Shown piece by piece: positions 12,275 through 25,924 of a DNA stretch of 64,000 bases. The stretch comes from Mustelus asterias (lineage: Eukaryota), in the NCBI RefSeq assembly GCF_964213995.1, contig NC_135808.1:23436001-23500000 (forward strand), written 5' to 3'. Below the pieces are notes generated by a model. That model saw only the letters and a list, made by a program, of their open reading frames with translations, did no database searches and had not been told where the DNA came from. Every line of letters starts with the position of its first letter. Position 1 is the stretch's first letter. A program made the translations under genes and the position numbers.

Positions 12275-12537
12275 TTGCCCCCGTCGTGTCCTTTACCCGT
12301 CTGGGTGATTCTAACCGGCTGTCCTGTGCCGTCACTGGGTTTTACCCTCAAGCCATCGAGGTGAATCTGTGGAGAGATGGAGTGATGATTGCTGAGACTC
12401 TGTTTAGTGGGATCTTACCCAATGAAGACAGCACCTCCAGATCTGAAAATGGATCGAGTTTGATCCAGAGGACCAGGCCGAGTATTCCTGTCGGGTGGAA
12501 CACAGCGGGATGAAGGAGACACTGGTGGTGATTTACG
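12275..12537 (+). pseudogene. Gene A exon 4, alpha3 (C1-set Ig) domain with frameshift
   Basis: [18 protein letters not shown]...; 263 nt versus 264 in gene B; shifted frame stops at 12511-12513. Confidence 0.93.
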
Positions 12538-12624
12538 GTAAGACTGTTTCTCACTGTTAGAGAGGACCCAGCCTCAGACCAGGATCACAGGAGTGAGGGT
12601 CAGTGCTGAGCTGTCAGCTGAGGA

Positions 12625-12955
12625 CAGGGCTGTGAGGCCCAGTGATTAGCGCTGCTGCCTCACAGCGCCAGGGATCCGGGTTCAATTCCAGCCCCGGGTC
12701 GCTGTGTATGTGGAGTTTGCACATTCTCCCCGTGCCTGCATGGGTTTCCTCTCGGTTCTCCGGTTCCTCTCGCAGTCCAAAGATGTGCAGGTTCGGTAGA
12801 GTGGCCATGCTAAATTGCCTGTTAGTGTCAGGGGGATTAGCAGGGTAAACACATGGGTCACGTGGATAGAGCCTGGGTGGGATTGTTGTTGGTGCAGCCT
12901 CGATGGGCTGAATGGCATCTTTCTTTCTGTACTGAATGGATTCTATATTTCTCTG
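12625..12955 (+). mobile_element. HE1-like SINE
   Basis: SINE head/core with CR1-like tail (ttctat); absent at the paralogous site near 44497. Confidence 0.85.
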
Positions 12956-13699
12956 ATTCTCTGACAGCCTGAGGCCCAGGATACAGAGCGAGGGAAAGAT
13001 ATATTAATCTTCAATACATTATATACCATGGTGCTACCATTCGGGGACAGGAATTGGGATTACTGGGATTTTACTGTGCCACAGGCCCCATTGTCTCCTG
13101 AGATATTATCGTACGAATGGGCCCAGTTTATCCTGGGATATTACAATATGGCAGGACCCAGTGAATCCTGTGTTACAGGCGGTGGGGGGTTGTCAGTATA
13201 AACTGCCCTGATTTCCCCCCTCACGACTCGTCCACTAACAGTAAGTTTTTAAAAAAATTCTGAGCTCCCTCTTTATAAATGGTGGCATCTTTTCCCCAAC
13301 CCATAAATTTGGAGTGTTCCTATTCTCTGTGAATAACTTGCACAGTAAACCTGAGGTAAGATGAAAATACACACATGAGAAAAGTTTCACAACATTGACC
13401 CCTCTGCACTCACACAGTGAACGGGGGATAAGGAGAAGGAAGAGGGTTCAGGGCCCGATCACAATAAAAAAAATGCGAGGGTTTTACATGTGTCCAGAAT
13501 GAGCAGTCTAATGGAAGGTTTCTTTCAAGGGGAGGTTGATGGATTATAGGGTGGTCCACCTGCAGTGACTTTAACAAGGCCCACGATGTGGACCTCTTAG
13601 AATACTCGCTCCCAAATTAAGCCAGTAATGGATTGTCCAATCAGGGAGCCCTGTATGTGTACATAATGTGGAGTGTCAGCGTTACTCGCACTCTGGGTT

Positions 13700-13985
13700 T
13701 AAAGTTTGAAGTTTATTTATTAGTGTTACAAGGAGGCTTACATTAACACTGCAATGAAGTTACTGTGAAAATCTCCTGGTCACCACATTCCGGCACCTGT
13801 TCGGGTATCCTGAGGGAGAATTTAGCATTACTAATGCACCTAACCAGCACAACCTTTGGACTGTGGGAGGAAACCCACACAGACACGGGGAGAATGTGCA
13901 AACTCCACACAGACAGTGACCCAAGCGGTAATTGAACCCAGGTCCCTGGTGCTGTTAGGCAGCAGTGCTAACCACTGTGCCACCA
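13700..13985 (-). mobile_element. HE1-like SINE
   Basis: Reverse complement of the SINE at 7347. Confidence 0.85.
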
Positions 13986-14021
13986 GTATGAGGAAGTACC
14001 TGTCTGAGAGTTGCTTACTTT

Positions 14022-15208
14022 GTTGCTTACTCTTGCCTTTGACAAGGTACTGCATGGTAGGTTATTGCTTAAGGTTAAATCTCACGGGATCTGGTGTGAG
14101 GTATCTAAATGGATACAAAATTGGCTTCTTGACAGAAGCCAGAGTGTGGTTGTAGAGAATTGTTTTTCAAACTGGAGGCCTGTGACCAGCGGTGTGCCTC
14201 AGGGATCAGTGCTGTGTCCACTGTTATTTGTCACTTATATTAATGATTTGGATGAGAATAGAGGAGGCATGGTTAGTGAGTTTGCAGATGACATGAAGAT
14301 TGGTGGCATAGTGGACAGTGAAGAAAGTTATCTCCAATTGCAACGGGATCTTGATCAATTGGGCCAGTGGGCTGACGAATGGCAGATGGAGTTTAATTTA
14401 GACAAATGCAAGGTGATGCATTTTGGTAGATTGAACCAGGGCAGGACTTACTCAGTTAATGGTAGGGCATTGGGGAGAGTTACAGAATAAAGAGATCTCG
14501 GGGTACATGTTCATAGCTCCTTGAAAGTGGAGTCACAGGTGGACAGAGTGGTGAAGGAGGCATTCGGCATGCTTGGTTTCATCGGTCAGAACATTGAATA
14601 CAGGAGTTGGAATGTCTTGTTGAAGTTGTACAAGACATTGGTAAGGCCACACTTGGAATACTGTCTGCAATTCTGGTCACCCTATTATAGAAAGGATATT
14701 ATTAAATTAGAAAGCGTGCAGAAAAGATTTACTAGGATGCTACTGGAACTTGATGGATTGAGTTATAAGGAGAGTTTGGATAGACTGGGATTTTTTTCTC
14801 TGGAGCGTCGGAGGCTGAGGGGTGATCTTATAGAGGTCTATAAAATAATGAGGGGCACAGATCAGCTCGATAGTCAATACCTTTTCCCAGAGGTCGGGGA
14901 GTCTAAAACTAGAGGGCATAGGTTTAAGGTGAGAGGGGAGAGATACAAAAGTGTCCAGAGAGGCAATTTTTTCTCACAGAGGGTGGTGAGTGTCTGGAAC
15001 AAGCTGCCAGAGGTAGTATAGAGGCGGGTACAATTTTGTCTTTTAAAAAGCATTCAGATAGTTACATAGGTACGATGGGTATAGAGGGATATGGGCCAAA
15101 TGCGGGCAATTGGGATTAGCTTCGGGGTTTAAAAAAAAAAATGGGCGGCATGGACAAGTTGGGCCGAAGGGCCTGTTTCCATGCTGTAAAGCTCTATGAC
15201 TCTATGAC
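14022..15208 (+). mobile_element. 5'-truncated CR1 LINE (RT + 3' UTR)
   Basis: [19 protein letters not shown] motifs; tail ctctatgactctatgac. Confidence 0.95.
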
Positions 15209-15229
15209 GCTATGTTAATGAATCTAAAT

Positions 15230-18135
15230 TTGGTGAAGGGACACCAGCCTTGTGGGAGTTATTTCAGAGACGAACATGATGGAACTTGTAAAATTTGGCC
15301 TAAGTTGGGGTCAGCCATTTTTCTGCATCATTCCTTTGTTTGGTAGACGAGACTCGTTCAACCCTGCTGTCGAGAACTGGGCCCAAGGTGTGGATCACAT
15401 GCATTATTTTTTCGGGCAAATGACATTATGGCAGATGAAAAACAAAGGGTGCTGTGAATGCTGTGGTGCTTGAGCGTTTGCTGTCATTCGGAGTTAAACT
15501 TTCCCTGAGGCCCCAGATACTAAAACCTTTCAAGAATTGCCTGAGGTCGTTGGAGAATGCTACAACCCCAAGCCACCTCTAATTTTGAAACAGTATTGTT
15601 TATACTAAACAATCTGTTATGGGATTCGTAACTAGGTTAAGACAACTGGCGAAAGCATGTGAATTTATTTTAACTCTTAACAAGATGCTTAGAGACTGTC
15701 TGGTGTGCGGTATTAATAATGTGACTGTTCAAAAATGCCTATTAGCTGAAGCACAAGTGGACTTCAAACAGGTGCTACAGCAGGTTTTACCATTGGAAAA
15801 TGCTGCATGTGGAGCATATGAGTTGCAAGCCATCCCGAAGTGGACACCCGCGCCAGTCCGACTGAGTTCAGGGACCACTATTTGAGAGCAGGCAATTACA
15901 TAGCCTCCCTCAGGAAGTATCCAGATACACATAACTCCAGGTCTGCACAAAGCAAAGCCAAACTTCGACCAAACAGTCACAAGTCCTACCTGATAGCAAC
16001 AGCAAAGGAGTCCTACAGGACTGAGATTTAGTAAAGCAACTTGTAGTCCGGTATCCAGGAGTGTTCACACCCTGGGAAGATCCACCTACATCTGATTTAG
16101 TGCAATTAAATTGCATATCGATGTCCAAATCAGATCAAATCAAGATTAACGTATGGTTAAGTGGACATCTGGTACTAATGGAAGTTGATATCGATGCGGC
16201 AGTATCAGTGTTCAGAGAATCAGCGTTCCATAAAATTCACTATGGACTCTAGCGCTTATTGTTACTGAAGACCTCAGCAAGATAGGGAACCTGTATCGGG
16301 GAACCTTTCTGAATTTTGAGTGGAACCCCTGACCCTGTCTCCTATGAAAGGCAGCTGGTTCAGTTACCAATGATTGTAGTGAGGGCATGGGGAAGCCTAA
16401 TGGTGTGAAATTGGTTGCAAGAGATCCACCTTGGCTCAACATCTTCAGCCAGAGAATGGCTGCCTTAGTGAAGTCCTGCCGAAGTACGCTAAAGCTTTCC
16501 AGGAAGGTCTTGGGACTATCAAAGGAGCCAAGGCGACCTTACCTGTTGACGAGGAAGTGATTCCACAATTTTGCAAGGCCCGCCCAGCGCCATTTGACTT
16601 ACGAGTAAAAGTTGAAGCAGAAATCCAAAGACTGGAACGTGAAGGGATCATCAAACCAGTCCAATTTGTGGAATGGGCAGCACCAGTCTTACCAATTTTG
16701 AAGCCAGGTGGATCATTCCATCTTTGCGGGGATCCGAAACAAACGGGAAACTGTTTCTTGCAGCTGGTTGGAAGGATGACTCTTGTTTGTGAAACTTGAC
16801 ATGAATCACGCTTACTTACAATTACAACTAGATGACGATTCCCAGAGATATTCAGCAATTCATACTCAGAAGGGCCCTGAGCGATCCACTTGTCTGCCAT
16901 TTGGGGTATAGTCACCCTGTTCAACCTTCCAGCGAACGATGGAGAACATTTTGCAAAGCCTCCCTCAGGTTGCTATATATCTGGATGAAGTCCTCTTAAC
17001 TGGTAAAAAAAAAGAAACACTTAAAGAACCTTGAGGAAGTTCTCAGTCAATTTTTCAAGGCAGGTGTACGCCTACGAAGGGAAAAAATGTGTAATCCAGG
17101 TTCCCCCAAGAGAAAGCTCCATCTCAATAGCAAAGGTACAAAGAAGAAAGAAGTTCCAGGCAGAAGAATCAACAGAGAAAGCCCAAATATTCCGGAAGAC
17201 ACAAAAACTTTGTTAATAAGTGGGAATTGTATTCACCTGAACAGCATTCCATTTGAATCATTTTATTCAGGTTGTTAATAGTTTAGTTAACTTGTTCACT
17301 GTTAATTCGATAAATAAGTTGTTCCTTGTTGATTTTTGAGAGTGTCAGGGAGTTATTTTGATTGAACCAGTAAAAGTTGCTGAAGAGCAGATTGTACCAC
17401 TTCACACTCACTTTTACAGATTATGGCGAGTTGCTCCTCTTTGAGTGGTGAGGCCTTAGTTCTCAGAGGGGGGATCAACCTCGGCTTCATAACAATAACC
17501 TATTTGGGAAATTAAGCCCATTCGTGCCTCCATCCTGGCTCCATTACACCAACTACTAAAAAAAGATCAGCCTTGAGAGTCGTCTTCCAGTCAATCCTTG
17601 GCTTTCAATAAAGTAAAGCAACAACTTTCCTCTTTTAATGTACTGGCGCATTATGATCCCAGGAAAGAACTATTACTGACCTGCGACACATCCTTGTATG
17701 GCTTCATGACGGCTTTGGCACATAGGTGGCCAAACAGAGTGGAATTGCTTATGCTCCCAGGACCTTGACTATTGCAAAAAAGCCTATGTCGAAAAAGAAG
17801 GGTTGGCGGTGATATTAGGAGTGAAAAGGTTCCACCAGCGCCATTATGGGTAGAAATTTGTCATTAAGACACAGACCACAAGCCACTCCTCGGACTGTTT
17901 AAAGAGGACAAGGCAGTGTTGCCCATAACATCAGCCCAATCCAGCAGTGGGCTTTATTACTGACCGCCTACAATTACCAATTGGAACACTGTCCAGGAGG
18001 CCTTGAGCTGACTATCATTAGCAGATATCCGATCGGTGGTATCCCCAGTGGAAGAGTCTGTAATGACAATGATTTTTTTTGGAGACTTTCCCAGTGCCAC
18101 TAAATAAGATTTGACCGTGGACTTAAAAAGGCCCA
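15230..18135 (+). mobile_element. Decayed Gypsy LTR retrotransposon internal region (gag, protease, RT, RNase H) with nested LTR fragment at ~17090-17494
   Basis: LRQLAKACEF..LRDCLVCGINN (gag), MEVDIDAAVSV (degenerate DTGA protease), FCKARPAPF..WAAP (RT), YLDE; many stops and frameshifts. Confidence 0.8.
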
Positions 18136-18359
18136 GTCTTTGCTAAATTTAAAACATTCATTTGTGGGACATGGATGTTGCTGACTGGCCAGCATTTATT
18201 GCCCACCCCTAGTTGTCCTTGTCCGGAGGGCATTTGAGAGTCAACCACATTGCTGTGGATCTGAAGTGACAAGTAGGCCAGACCAGGTAAGGACGGCAGA
18301 TTTTTTTCCCTAAAGGACATTATTCAACCCAGATGATTTTTTTTTTGACAATTGACAGT

Positions 18360-19770
18360 GATAGTGCCGGGGTTTGTCAGAGGATACAACAGGATATCGA
18401 TAGGTAGATTGGAGACTTGGGCACAAAAATGGGAGATGGAGTTTAATCTGGATTGATGTGAGGTGATGCATTTTGGAGGTTCAAATGTAGGTGTGAATTA
18501 TACGTAAATAGCAGAACTCTTAGGTACATTAACATACAGAGGGATCTGGGTGTGCAGGTCCACAGTTACCTAAAAGTGACAACACAAGTGGCCAAGGTGA
18601 TTAAGAAATCATTTGGCATGCTTGCCTTTATCAGCTGGGGCATTGAGTCCAAGAGTTGGGAAATCATGTTGCAGCCATATAAAACCTTGATTAGGCCGTA
18701 TTTGGAGTATTTTGTGCTGTTCTGGACACCACCCTATCGGAAGCACGTAGAAGCTTTGGAGAGAGTGCAAGGAAGGTTCACCAGGAGTGACAGAAGGTGG
18801 GAAATGGTGTTCCGCAGTAATCAATGCTGGAATCACCGCTGTTCACACTTTACACTCACTTATTTGGACATTGGAATCGAAACACAATTTCTCAATTTGC
18901 TAAGGTCACCAAATTGGGACGAATTATTCGATATGCTACAAAATAATAGAACATTAATAAACTTGTAGAATGGGCAAATAATTGGTGAATGGAGTTCAGC
19001 ACAGATAAACATGAGGTAGTTTTCTATTAGGGGTGAATAGAGAGGTCACTTATTACTTAGGAGGTGCCGGGCTGGATGGGGTTGAGGAACAAAGGGATTT
19101 CGGTTTACGTTAAACCAATCCGCAACAGGTTAGGCAAAGCCATGAACAAAATAAATGGAAAATCAGTCTTTATTTCTAGAGGGATAGAATTGTAAAGCAC
19201 GGAAGTTATTGCTAAACTGTTATCAAATCATGATTAGACCACATTTACAGACTGTGTGCAGTTCCAGTCACCATTTTACAGAAGGGTTTTTACTCACAGG
19301 AGAGGACATAGAGAAGATTTACAGAGATGATTCAAGGAATGAGTGGGTGGACATCTCAGTGAAGGATTGACTGGCTGGGTCTCTGCTCTCAGGAAAACAG
19401 AGGGCTGAGGGTTGACCTAATCGAAGATTTAAAATTAGGAAAGGTTTTCATAGACTGGACACAGAAAGAGTGTTTCCTCTTGTGGGAAGAATGTAACTCG
19501 GGGTCATCAATACAAGATGGTCACCAAGAAACACAATAGGGAATTCAAGAGAAACTTATTCACTCAAAGAGTGATGTGAATGTGGAGCTCGCTGCCACAG
19601 GGAGTGCTTGAAGTGAACAGTATAGTTTAAGGGGAATGAATGAGGAGGAAATATGTAGTTAAGATGGTCAGTTTCGATGAGGGAAGATGGGAGGAGGATC
19701 AAATGGAGCATAAACACCAGCATCAACTAGATGGGCCAAATGGCCAGGTTCTGAGTCAGGTATTCTATGT
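18360..19770 (+). mobile_element. CR1 LINE fragments; the older part is shared with intron 4 of gene B
   Basis: YKTLIRPYLEY..ALERVQGRFTR; 18870-19770 aligns with 50140-51350. Confidence 0.8.
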
Positions 19771-19924
19771 TTTCTGATTGTCTCTCTCGCTCTCTAATTC
19801 ACTCTCTCTCCATCATTCTCAGGTTCTCTCTCCTCTCTTCCTCTCACATTCTCTCTCTCTCTCTGATTCTCACTTTTCCCTCTCCCTGATTCACTCAGTC
19901 TCTCTGATTCTCTCTCTCTAACAG

Positions 19925-20029
19925 AACCAAAGTCTCGCTCCCAGGTTGCTGTTACTGTCGGGATTGTGGTCGGGGTCCTCATGCTCATCGCTCTCATCAT
20001 TATGGCTGTCGTCATCTACAACAAGAAAG
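19925..20029 (+). CDS. Gene A exon 5, connecting peptide + transmembrane
   Basis: taacag|, [36 protein letters not shown]|gtagga; 105 nt. Confidence 0.92.
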
Positions 20030-20254
20030 GTAGGAATTGGAGGGAAAAGAGCAGCTCCTTACTGGGGGGAGGGATTGTGGGAGAGTATTCCAGGGTGGGG
20101 GGGCTCAGGCTGTGGGTCTCAGGTTGGTGTGGGGGTCACAGAGTGGATGGAAGAGCCCAGGGTTGGGATAGGGAGGATAAGGGGCTCATGATAAAAGGGA
20201 AGAGTCTGAGAATTGTGGGAAGGGTCTCAGATTGAATGACGAGTTTAGGGTATC

Positions 20255-20540
20255 AGTGAGGGTCCCGGGTCAGTGCGGGAGTGAGGGTCTTCAGTCAGTG
20301 TGGGAGTGAGGGTCTTCAGTCAGTGCGAGAGTGAGGGTCCCCGGTCAGAGGGGAGTGAGGGTCCTGGGTCAGAGGGGGGAGTGAGGGTCCTAGGTCAGAG
20401 GCGGAGTGAGGGTCCCGGTGAAAGAGGGGGAAGTGAGGGTCCCAGGTCAGAAGAGGAATGAGGGTCCCGGGTCACAGGGGGAGTGAGGGTCCCGGTTCAC
20501 TGTGGGAGTGAGGGTCCTGGTCAGGGTGAGAGTGAGGATT
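20255..20540 (+). repeat. Degenerate ~25-bp minisatellite in intron 5 of gene A
   Basis: gggagtgagggtcccgggtca units; expanded in gene B. Confidence 0.8.
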
Positions 20541-20641
20541 TCAGAATTGTGTTGTCGGGGCTCAGTACGAGCGAGAGTTCCAGCCTCTGTCTCTGATTTT
20601 CTCTCAGTCTCGTCACTCACTGAGCATTCCATGTTTTACAG

Positions 20642-20674
20642 GGAGAGGGAAGAGTGACTACAATCCTGCAAATA
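20642..20674 (+). CDS. Gene A exon 6, cytoplasmic (GRGKSDYNPAN)
   Basis: ttttacag| ... A|gtaagc; 33 nt, phase 1; YxxA motif typical of class I tails. Confidence 0.85.
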
Positions 20675-20750
20675 GTAAGCTGATCATCAAATATCGTCTC
20701 TGCGTAACTGTGTGAATCACCATTGATTCTGTGTCATATAGTGTGTGTGT

Positions 20751-21081
20751 NNNNNNNNNNNNNNNNNNNNNNNNNNNNNNNNNNNNNNNNNNNNNNNNNN
20801 NNNNNNNNNNNNNNNNNNNNNNNNNNNNNNNNNNNNNNNNNNNNNNNNNNNNNNNNNNNNNNNNNNNNNNNNNNNNNNNNNNNNNNNNNNNNNNNNNNNN
20901 NNNNNNNNNNNNNNNNNNNNNNNNNNNNNNNNNNNNNNNNNNNNNNNNNNNNNNNNNNNNNNNNNNNNNNNNNNNNNNNNNNNNNNNNNNNNNNNNNNNN
21001 NNNNNNNNNNNNNNNNNNNNNNNNNNNNNNNNNNNNNNNNNNNNNNNNNNNNNNNNNNNNNNNNNNNNNNNNNNNNNNNNN
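20751..21081. other. Assembly gap (N run) in intron 6 of gene A
   Basis: Run of N flanked by GT and CT microsatellites. Confidence 1.
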
Positions 21082-21384
21082 CCTCTCGGCCTCTCTCTCT
21101 CGCTCTCAGTCTGTCTGTATGACTCTTTCTCTGTATCTACCCGAACAGGCAGCTCGGGGATTTTCACAGTAATTTAATTGCAATGTTAATGTAAGCCTAC
21201 TTGTGACACCAATAAATTAACTTATAATTATAAATTGCTTTCTCTTTCTCTCTTTTTCTCTCTCACTCTTTCTCTCACTCTCCTTTCTCTCACTCTCTCT
21301 CTCCATCTTTATCTCTCCATATCTCATGCACTGATTCTGTCTGATGACAAACAGTATTTTTAATGCCTCTCCTTCCTTTGACAG

Positions 21385-21431
21385 CTTCTGATAAAGGGGA
21401 TTCCACAACCAGCTCCTCCACAGGTTCCTGA
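21385..21431 (+). CDS. Gene A exon 7, Ser-rich cytoplasmic end (TSDKGDSTTSSSTGS*)
   Basis: cctttgacag|, phase compatible with exon 6, TGA 21429-21431. Confidence 0.82.
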
Positions 21432-21854
21432 GATATGAATTCTGTTGATAAATATTGGGAGCTGATCCTTCTACCTGGGATATTCCCGCTGGATTTAGCT
21501 GTACAATCTGGTGGGTGGGCTGTGAGCTCAGTGTCTGTCTCTCGCTGTATCGTCACTAAAGAGCAGCTCATCCAATCCAACACTGAGCTTTGAGACTGGC
21601 CTTCTGGAGACGGCTGCTTCTGTACAGTCTGAGGGTGGAGACATTGTGGGTGTTGAGGTGTCGAGACACCCGGAAACATCTCACCCTGGACAGCCTCCGC
21701 TAAGCTGCTCAATTTCCTTAGGAAGTCGGAATTCCCAAGAGTTTTCCCTGAAGTTGGTCACTGAGCTGTGTCACTCCCACAGGATTTAACATTTAACGTT
21801 TTGTGATGGGTTTGATCGTTTTCTGGATGTTTGGGAAGCGGAGTGAATCTTAGG

Positions 21855-22255
21855 GGTTTAGCTGGTGTTTGGAGGTCTGATGGGTTTAGCTGGTGTTTGG
21901 GGCTCTGATGGGTTTAGCTGGAGTTTGGGGGTCTGATGGGTTTAGCTGGTGTTTGGGGCTCTGATGGGTTTAGCCGGTGTTTGGGGATCTGATGGGTTTA
22001 GCTGTGTTTGGGGCTCTGATGGGTTTAGCTGGTGTTTGGGGTCTGATAGGTTTTGCTGGTGTTTGGGAGTCTGACGTGTTTTGCTGGTGTTGGGGCTCTG
22101 ATGGGTTCAGCTGGTGTTTGGGGGTCTGATGGATTTTGCTGGTTTTTGGGGCTCTGATGGGTTTTGCTGGTGTTTGGGGGTCTGATGGGATTAGCTGGTG
22201 TTTGGGGGTCTGATGGGATTAGCTGGTGTTTGGAGCTCTGATGGGTTTAGCTAGT
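21855..22255 (+). repeat. ~27-bp minisatellite downstream of gene A
   Basis: Same unit as 373-803. Confidence 0.9.
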
Positions 22256-24440
22256 GTTGTGTGGGTGGAAAGTTGAATTTAATAAAATTTATGTTTGACA
22301 GCAAGCTCATTCAGCCCATCATGTCCCTGCCTGTTAATGAAGAGCTCTCCAGCCTAATCTCACCTTCCTGTACTCGGTCTGCAGCTCTGTAGATCACAGC
22401 TCTTCAACTCGACATCCAAGAATTGATTCAATGTGGTGAGAGTTTCTGCCTCTACCATCCTTTCAGACAGAGAGTCCCGGGTCCCTCCCACCATCTGGGT
22501 GAAAAACCCTTTCCTCATTTCCCACTGATCATTCTAACAATTACTTTAAACCTGTGTCCTCTGGTTTTTGATCCTCTGCTAAGGTAAATGTGTCATCTCT
22601 ATTTACCATGGCTCCTCATAATTATATCCACTCCAATTAAATCTCCCCTCGGCCTCCTCTATTCTACAGAATCCTATTCCAGCCTATCCGCTCTTTCCTC
22701 ACAGTGAACATTCTCCAGTCCTGTCCACATTAAACAATCTCCTCTGCATTCTCTCCAACACAATCACATCTTTTGTGTAATGTGCTGACCAGACTGTCTG
22801 CAATGCTTCAGCTGTCGTCTATCTGGTGTTGTTTGCAGTTCCAGCAAAACTACTCTGTTCTGTGCCTTGGCTAATAAAGGAAGGCATGTAATATACCTTC
22901 TTAACTACATTATCAACCTGTCCTGACACCTTTCCCAATCTGTGGACACGCACTCCTGGGTCCCTCTGTTCCTCCACATTCGTCATTATCCTCCCATTTA
23001 TTGGGGATTCCCTTTGTTTTGTTAATCCTCCTGAAATCCATCACCTCTCACTGCTCCGGATTGAATTCCATTTTCCACTGTTCTTCCCAACTGCCCAGAC
23101 CATCTCCATCTTCCTGCAACCTGAAGCTTTCCTCCTCATTGTCACCCATACGGACAATTTTTCTAAATCTCTAAACTTCTTCATCATTCTCTCTCCATTT
23201 AAATCTAAATCATTCACCTGAACCACAAAACGCGAGGGAGTGAGAGCTGGGCCCCATGGATCCCCCACTGGTAACATCATTCCAGTCGCAATAAGCCCCT
23301 TAACCCTTTGCTTCCTGCCACTGAGCTAATTTGGGCTCTGATTTGTCATTGTCTCTTGGATCTCAATGTGTTTTTATATTTCTGACCAGCCTGCCATGTG
23401 GGACCTTGTCTAAAACATTAAAATCTATGTTGACCACATCCACCTCACTGTCCTCATCAACCCATCCTTCTCACCTCTTCCAAATTTTCAGTTAGTTTAG
23501 CCTGAGATAACTTTCCTTGATTAATCTGTGCGTTTCTAAATGAAGGTTTATGCTGTTCCTCACAATTGATTTCAATAATGTTCCCACCACCGAAGTTACA
23601 CTAACTGGTGTATAATTACTCAGATTGCCCCTTCTTCCCTTTTCAATCCATGGTGTGATATTGACAGTCCTTTAATCTTCTTCCACACTCATGTAGCCCG
23701 GGAGGAATGATTCTGATGGTCAGAGCCTCTGCAATTTCCTCCCTTGTTTCTTTTAACCCGGTGATTCACCATCTTTCAAAGTTGTAAAATCCATTAATAT
23801 GTAATCTCTTATGCAGTAATTCACACACTTCTTCCTTCATTGCAATGTCAGCATTGCTCCATGTTTCCCAAAGACAGGGGCAATGTATTTATTCACAACC
23901 TCACCACATTCCCCACCCTCTCACATGCACTTCTTATTGGGCGCCACAAGGCCTTACTCTTTCCTTATCCTTTTCTCTACATGTGCATCCTTGGAGGTTC
24001 TTTGTTTTTTCTTGGCAGCATTTTTATGCCTTTCTTTACTTTCCTGGTTTCCCTTTCAATTTCACCCCTACTCTCTCTGTACTCTTCCAGGTTTCTGCAG
24101 TATTAGGCATGAGGGGTCTGACGGATCTTGCTGCTGGTATTTGTGGGGGTCAAGTGGATCTGCTGGGTTTTGTTGGGGGGTGTTCCAGCTCTGCTGGGTT
24201 TGCCTCCCTCGATAGTGATGTATTTCTTTCTCATCCCCAGTGTTCTCCAGTGCCCCAGGGACACCAGTCCCCAAGATCAGCAGCAGGAGTGGATGAGAGA
24301 ATCAGGAAGGATGTGATTTCATCAAGATGATAGCGACTGACTCATTTAGACACTACATATGTGACGCTGTGTAAATGGAACTGTGACGATGGTTTGTCAG
24401 GAATTACTCTATCTGGAGCTGCACTTCTTAAGCTATTCTG
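22256..24440 (+). repeat. Segmental duplicate of 3' flank (paralogous to ~1800-3810 and 53305-57440), largely old minus-strand LINE
   Basis: Collinear similarity among the three copies. Confidence 0.85.
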
Positions 24441-25614
24441 ATCTGCACTTGAAAGGCTATTATGATCTGCCCTGTTTCTACAGACTCTCGGAATCTGTCT
24501 GGTTCACTCACTGCCAACTCAGTCACCTGTTACTGCAGTCTGTAACATTGCTGCAATTTCTACAATAAATGTGATTTAGTTTTTCACTTCCTGCTTCTGT
24601 AAAGTCTTCAGTACAAAACTATCAATGGGGTAGGGTAACACCACTGCAATGGGGAACATTTTAAGACTTTTAAGAACAATTTACCAAAAATGCACATCAA
24701 GAGGAATTAATAGCAATAAATTAGCAGTAAACACATATTTTAAAAGGGAAGATGGTGCTTGTCAAAGCTCCGAGTATTCGTTGAGATGGTAACAGACATG
24801 GTGATGGGAAAATGTGATAGATATACTTATATGGACTTTAGAAAAAAGTTACCACATGGGGGTTTATTAGTTAAGATTAAACGAATACTTTGCACATCTC
24901 TTCAGCTGGATCACAATGTTCTTTTCCCATTCCAGCCTCTCATTCCAGATTAAGACCTGGAAGATGCAGGAAGGTGACAACAAGTAACTTTCGTGGTCCT
25001 GTCCAGTTCCACCTCCCCAATCAGTAATTCCTGATTTTAATAACCCACCACACATCCAGGTGCGTGACACATGTCCATTACGTCCAGGTGGAGTTTGGGC
25101 TGTCGGCGGTGTAGAGGTATTGTCAGTGGACTAGGAATCCAGAGACACAGGAGAAAGCTCTGGGAACCTGGATTTGAATCCCACCAAGGCAGAGGGTGGA
25201 ATTTGAACTCAATTAAAGAATAAAATCTGGAATTAAAAGTCGAATGATGACTATGAAGCCATTGTTGATTGCTGTAAAAACCTATCTTGTTTCATGTTCT
25301 TTAGGGAAGGAAATCTGCGGTCTCTATCTGGTCTGGCCTACAGACCCACAGCAATGTGGTTGACCATTAAATGTCTTCTGAAATTACCCAGCAGGATCAA
25401 GGTGGAGGCCGTGCAATGTTCATGTTCCCAATTCTTCTGCATAACTGTAGCCTTGCCCAGACAGCCCACTGTATTGTTTATTTCTTAATATTCAGTGAAA
25501 GGAGCTAAGATGTATTTTAATTCTCCTTTAATGTTTTAAAGTATTAATTCATATTATTGAATTGATGAATTCCAATTTTGTCTGCCCTTTCATGTTTCTC
25601 GAAATTAGTGCTAT

Positions 25615-25920
25615 GGGACGGCAAGGTGGCACAGTGAATGGCACTGCTGCCTCACAGCACCAGGGACCCGGCTTCTTTTTCCGGCTTGGATCATTGTGCA
25701 GAGTCTGTATGTTCTCCCTGTGAGTGCATGGGTTTCCTCCGGCTATCCGGTTTTCTTCCCACAGTCTGAAAGACAAGCTGGTAAAGTGTATTGGTCATGC
25801 TAAATTCTCCCTCAGTGTACCCTAACAGGCGCCAGAGTGTGGCGACCAGGGGGTTTTCATAGTAACTTCATTGCAGTGTAAATGTAAGCCTATTTGTGAC
25901 ACTAATAAACAAACTTAAAC
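25615..25920 (+). mobile_element. HE1-like SINE
   Basis: SINE head, core and tail as at 7347. Confidence 0.8.
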
Positions 25921-25924
25921 GTAA

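Larger units (their letters stand above)
10247..21431 (+). pseudogene. MHC class I heavy chain gene A, 7 exons, disabled in alpha3 (probable pseudogene)
   Basis: Seven exons joined by phase-1 GT-AG introns; class I motifs throughout; 1-bp deletion at 12436/12437 and TGA at 12444-12446 in the ancestral frame. Confidence 0.88.

Noticed and set aside
11928-12335. Minus-strand His/Pro/Ser-rich ORFs (also 39759-40431, 43784-44206)
   Set aside because: Antisense translations of the 26-bp minisatellite
20658-21177. ORFs spanning the N run
   Set aside because: Artefacts of the assembly gap; a hidden small exon cannot be excluded but exons 6 and 7 already join in phase
10247-21431. Calling gene A classical UAA, or assigning a lineage symbol to either gene
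   Set aside because: Y59 and T143 are lost and the genes are multicopy, which suggests nonclassical, but lineage needs a phylogeny that cannot be run here
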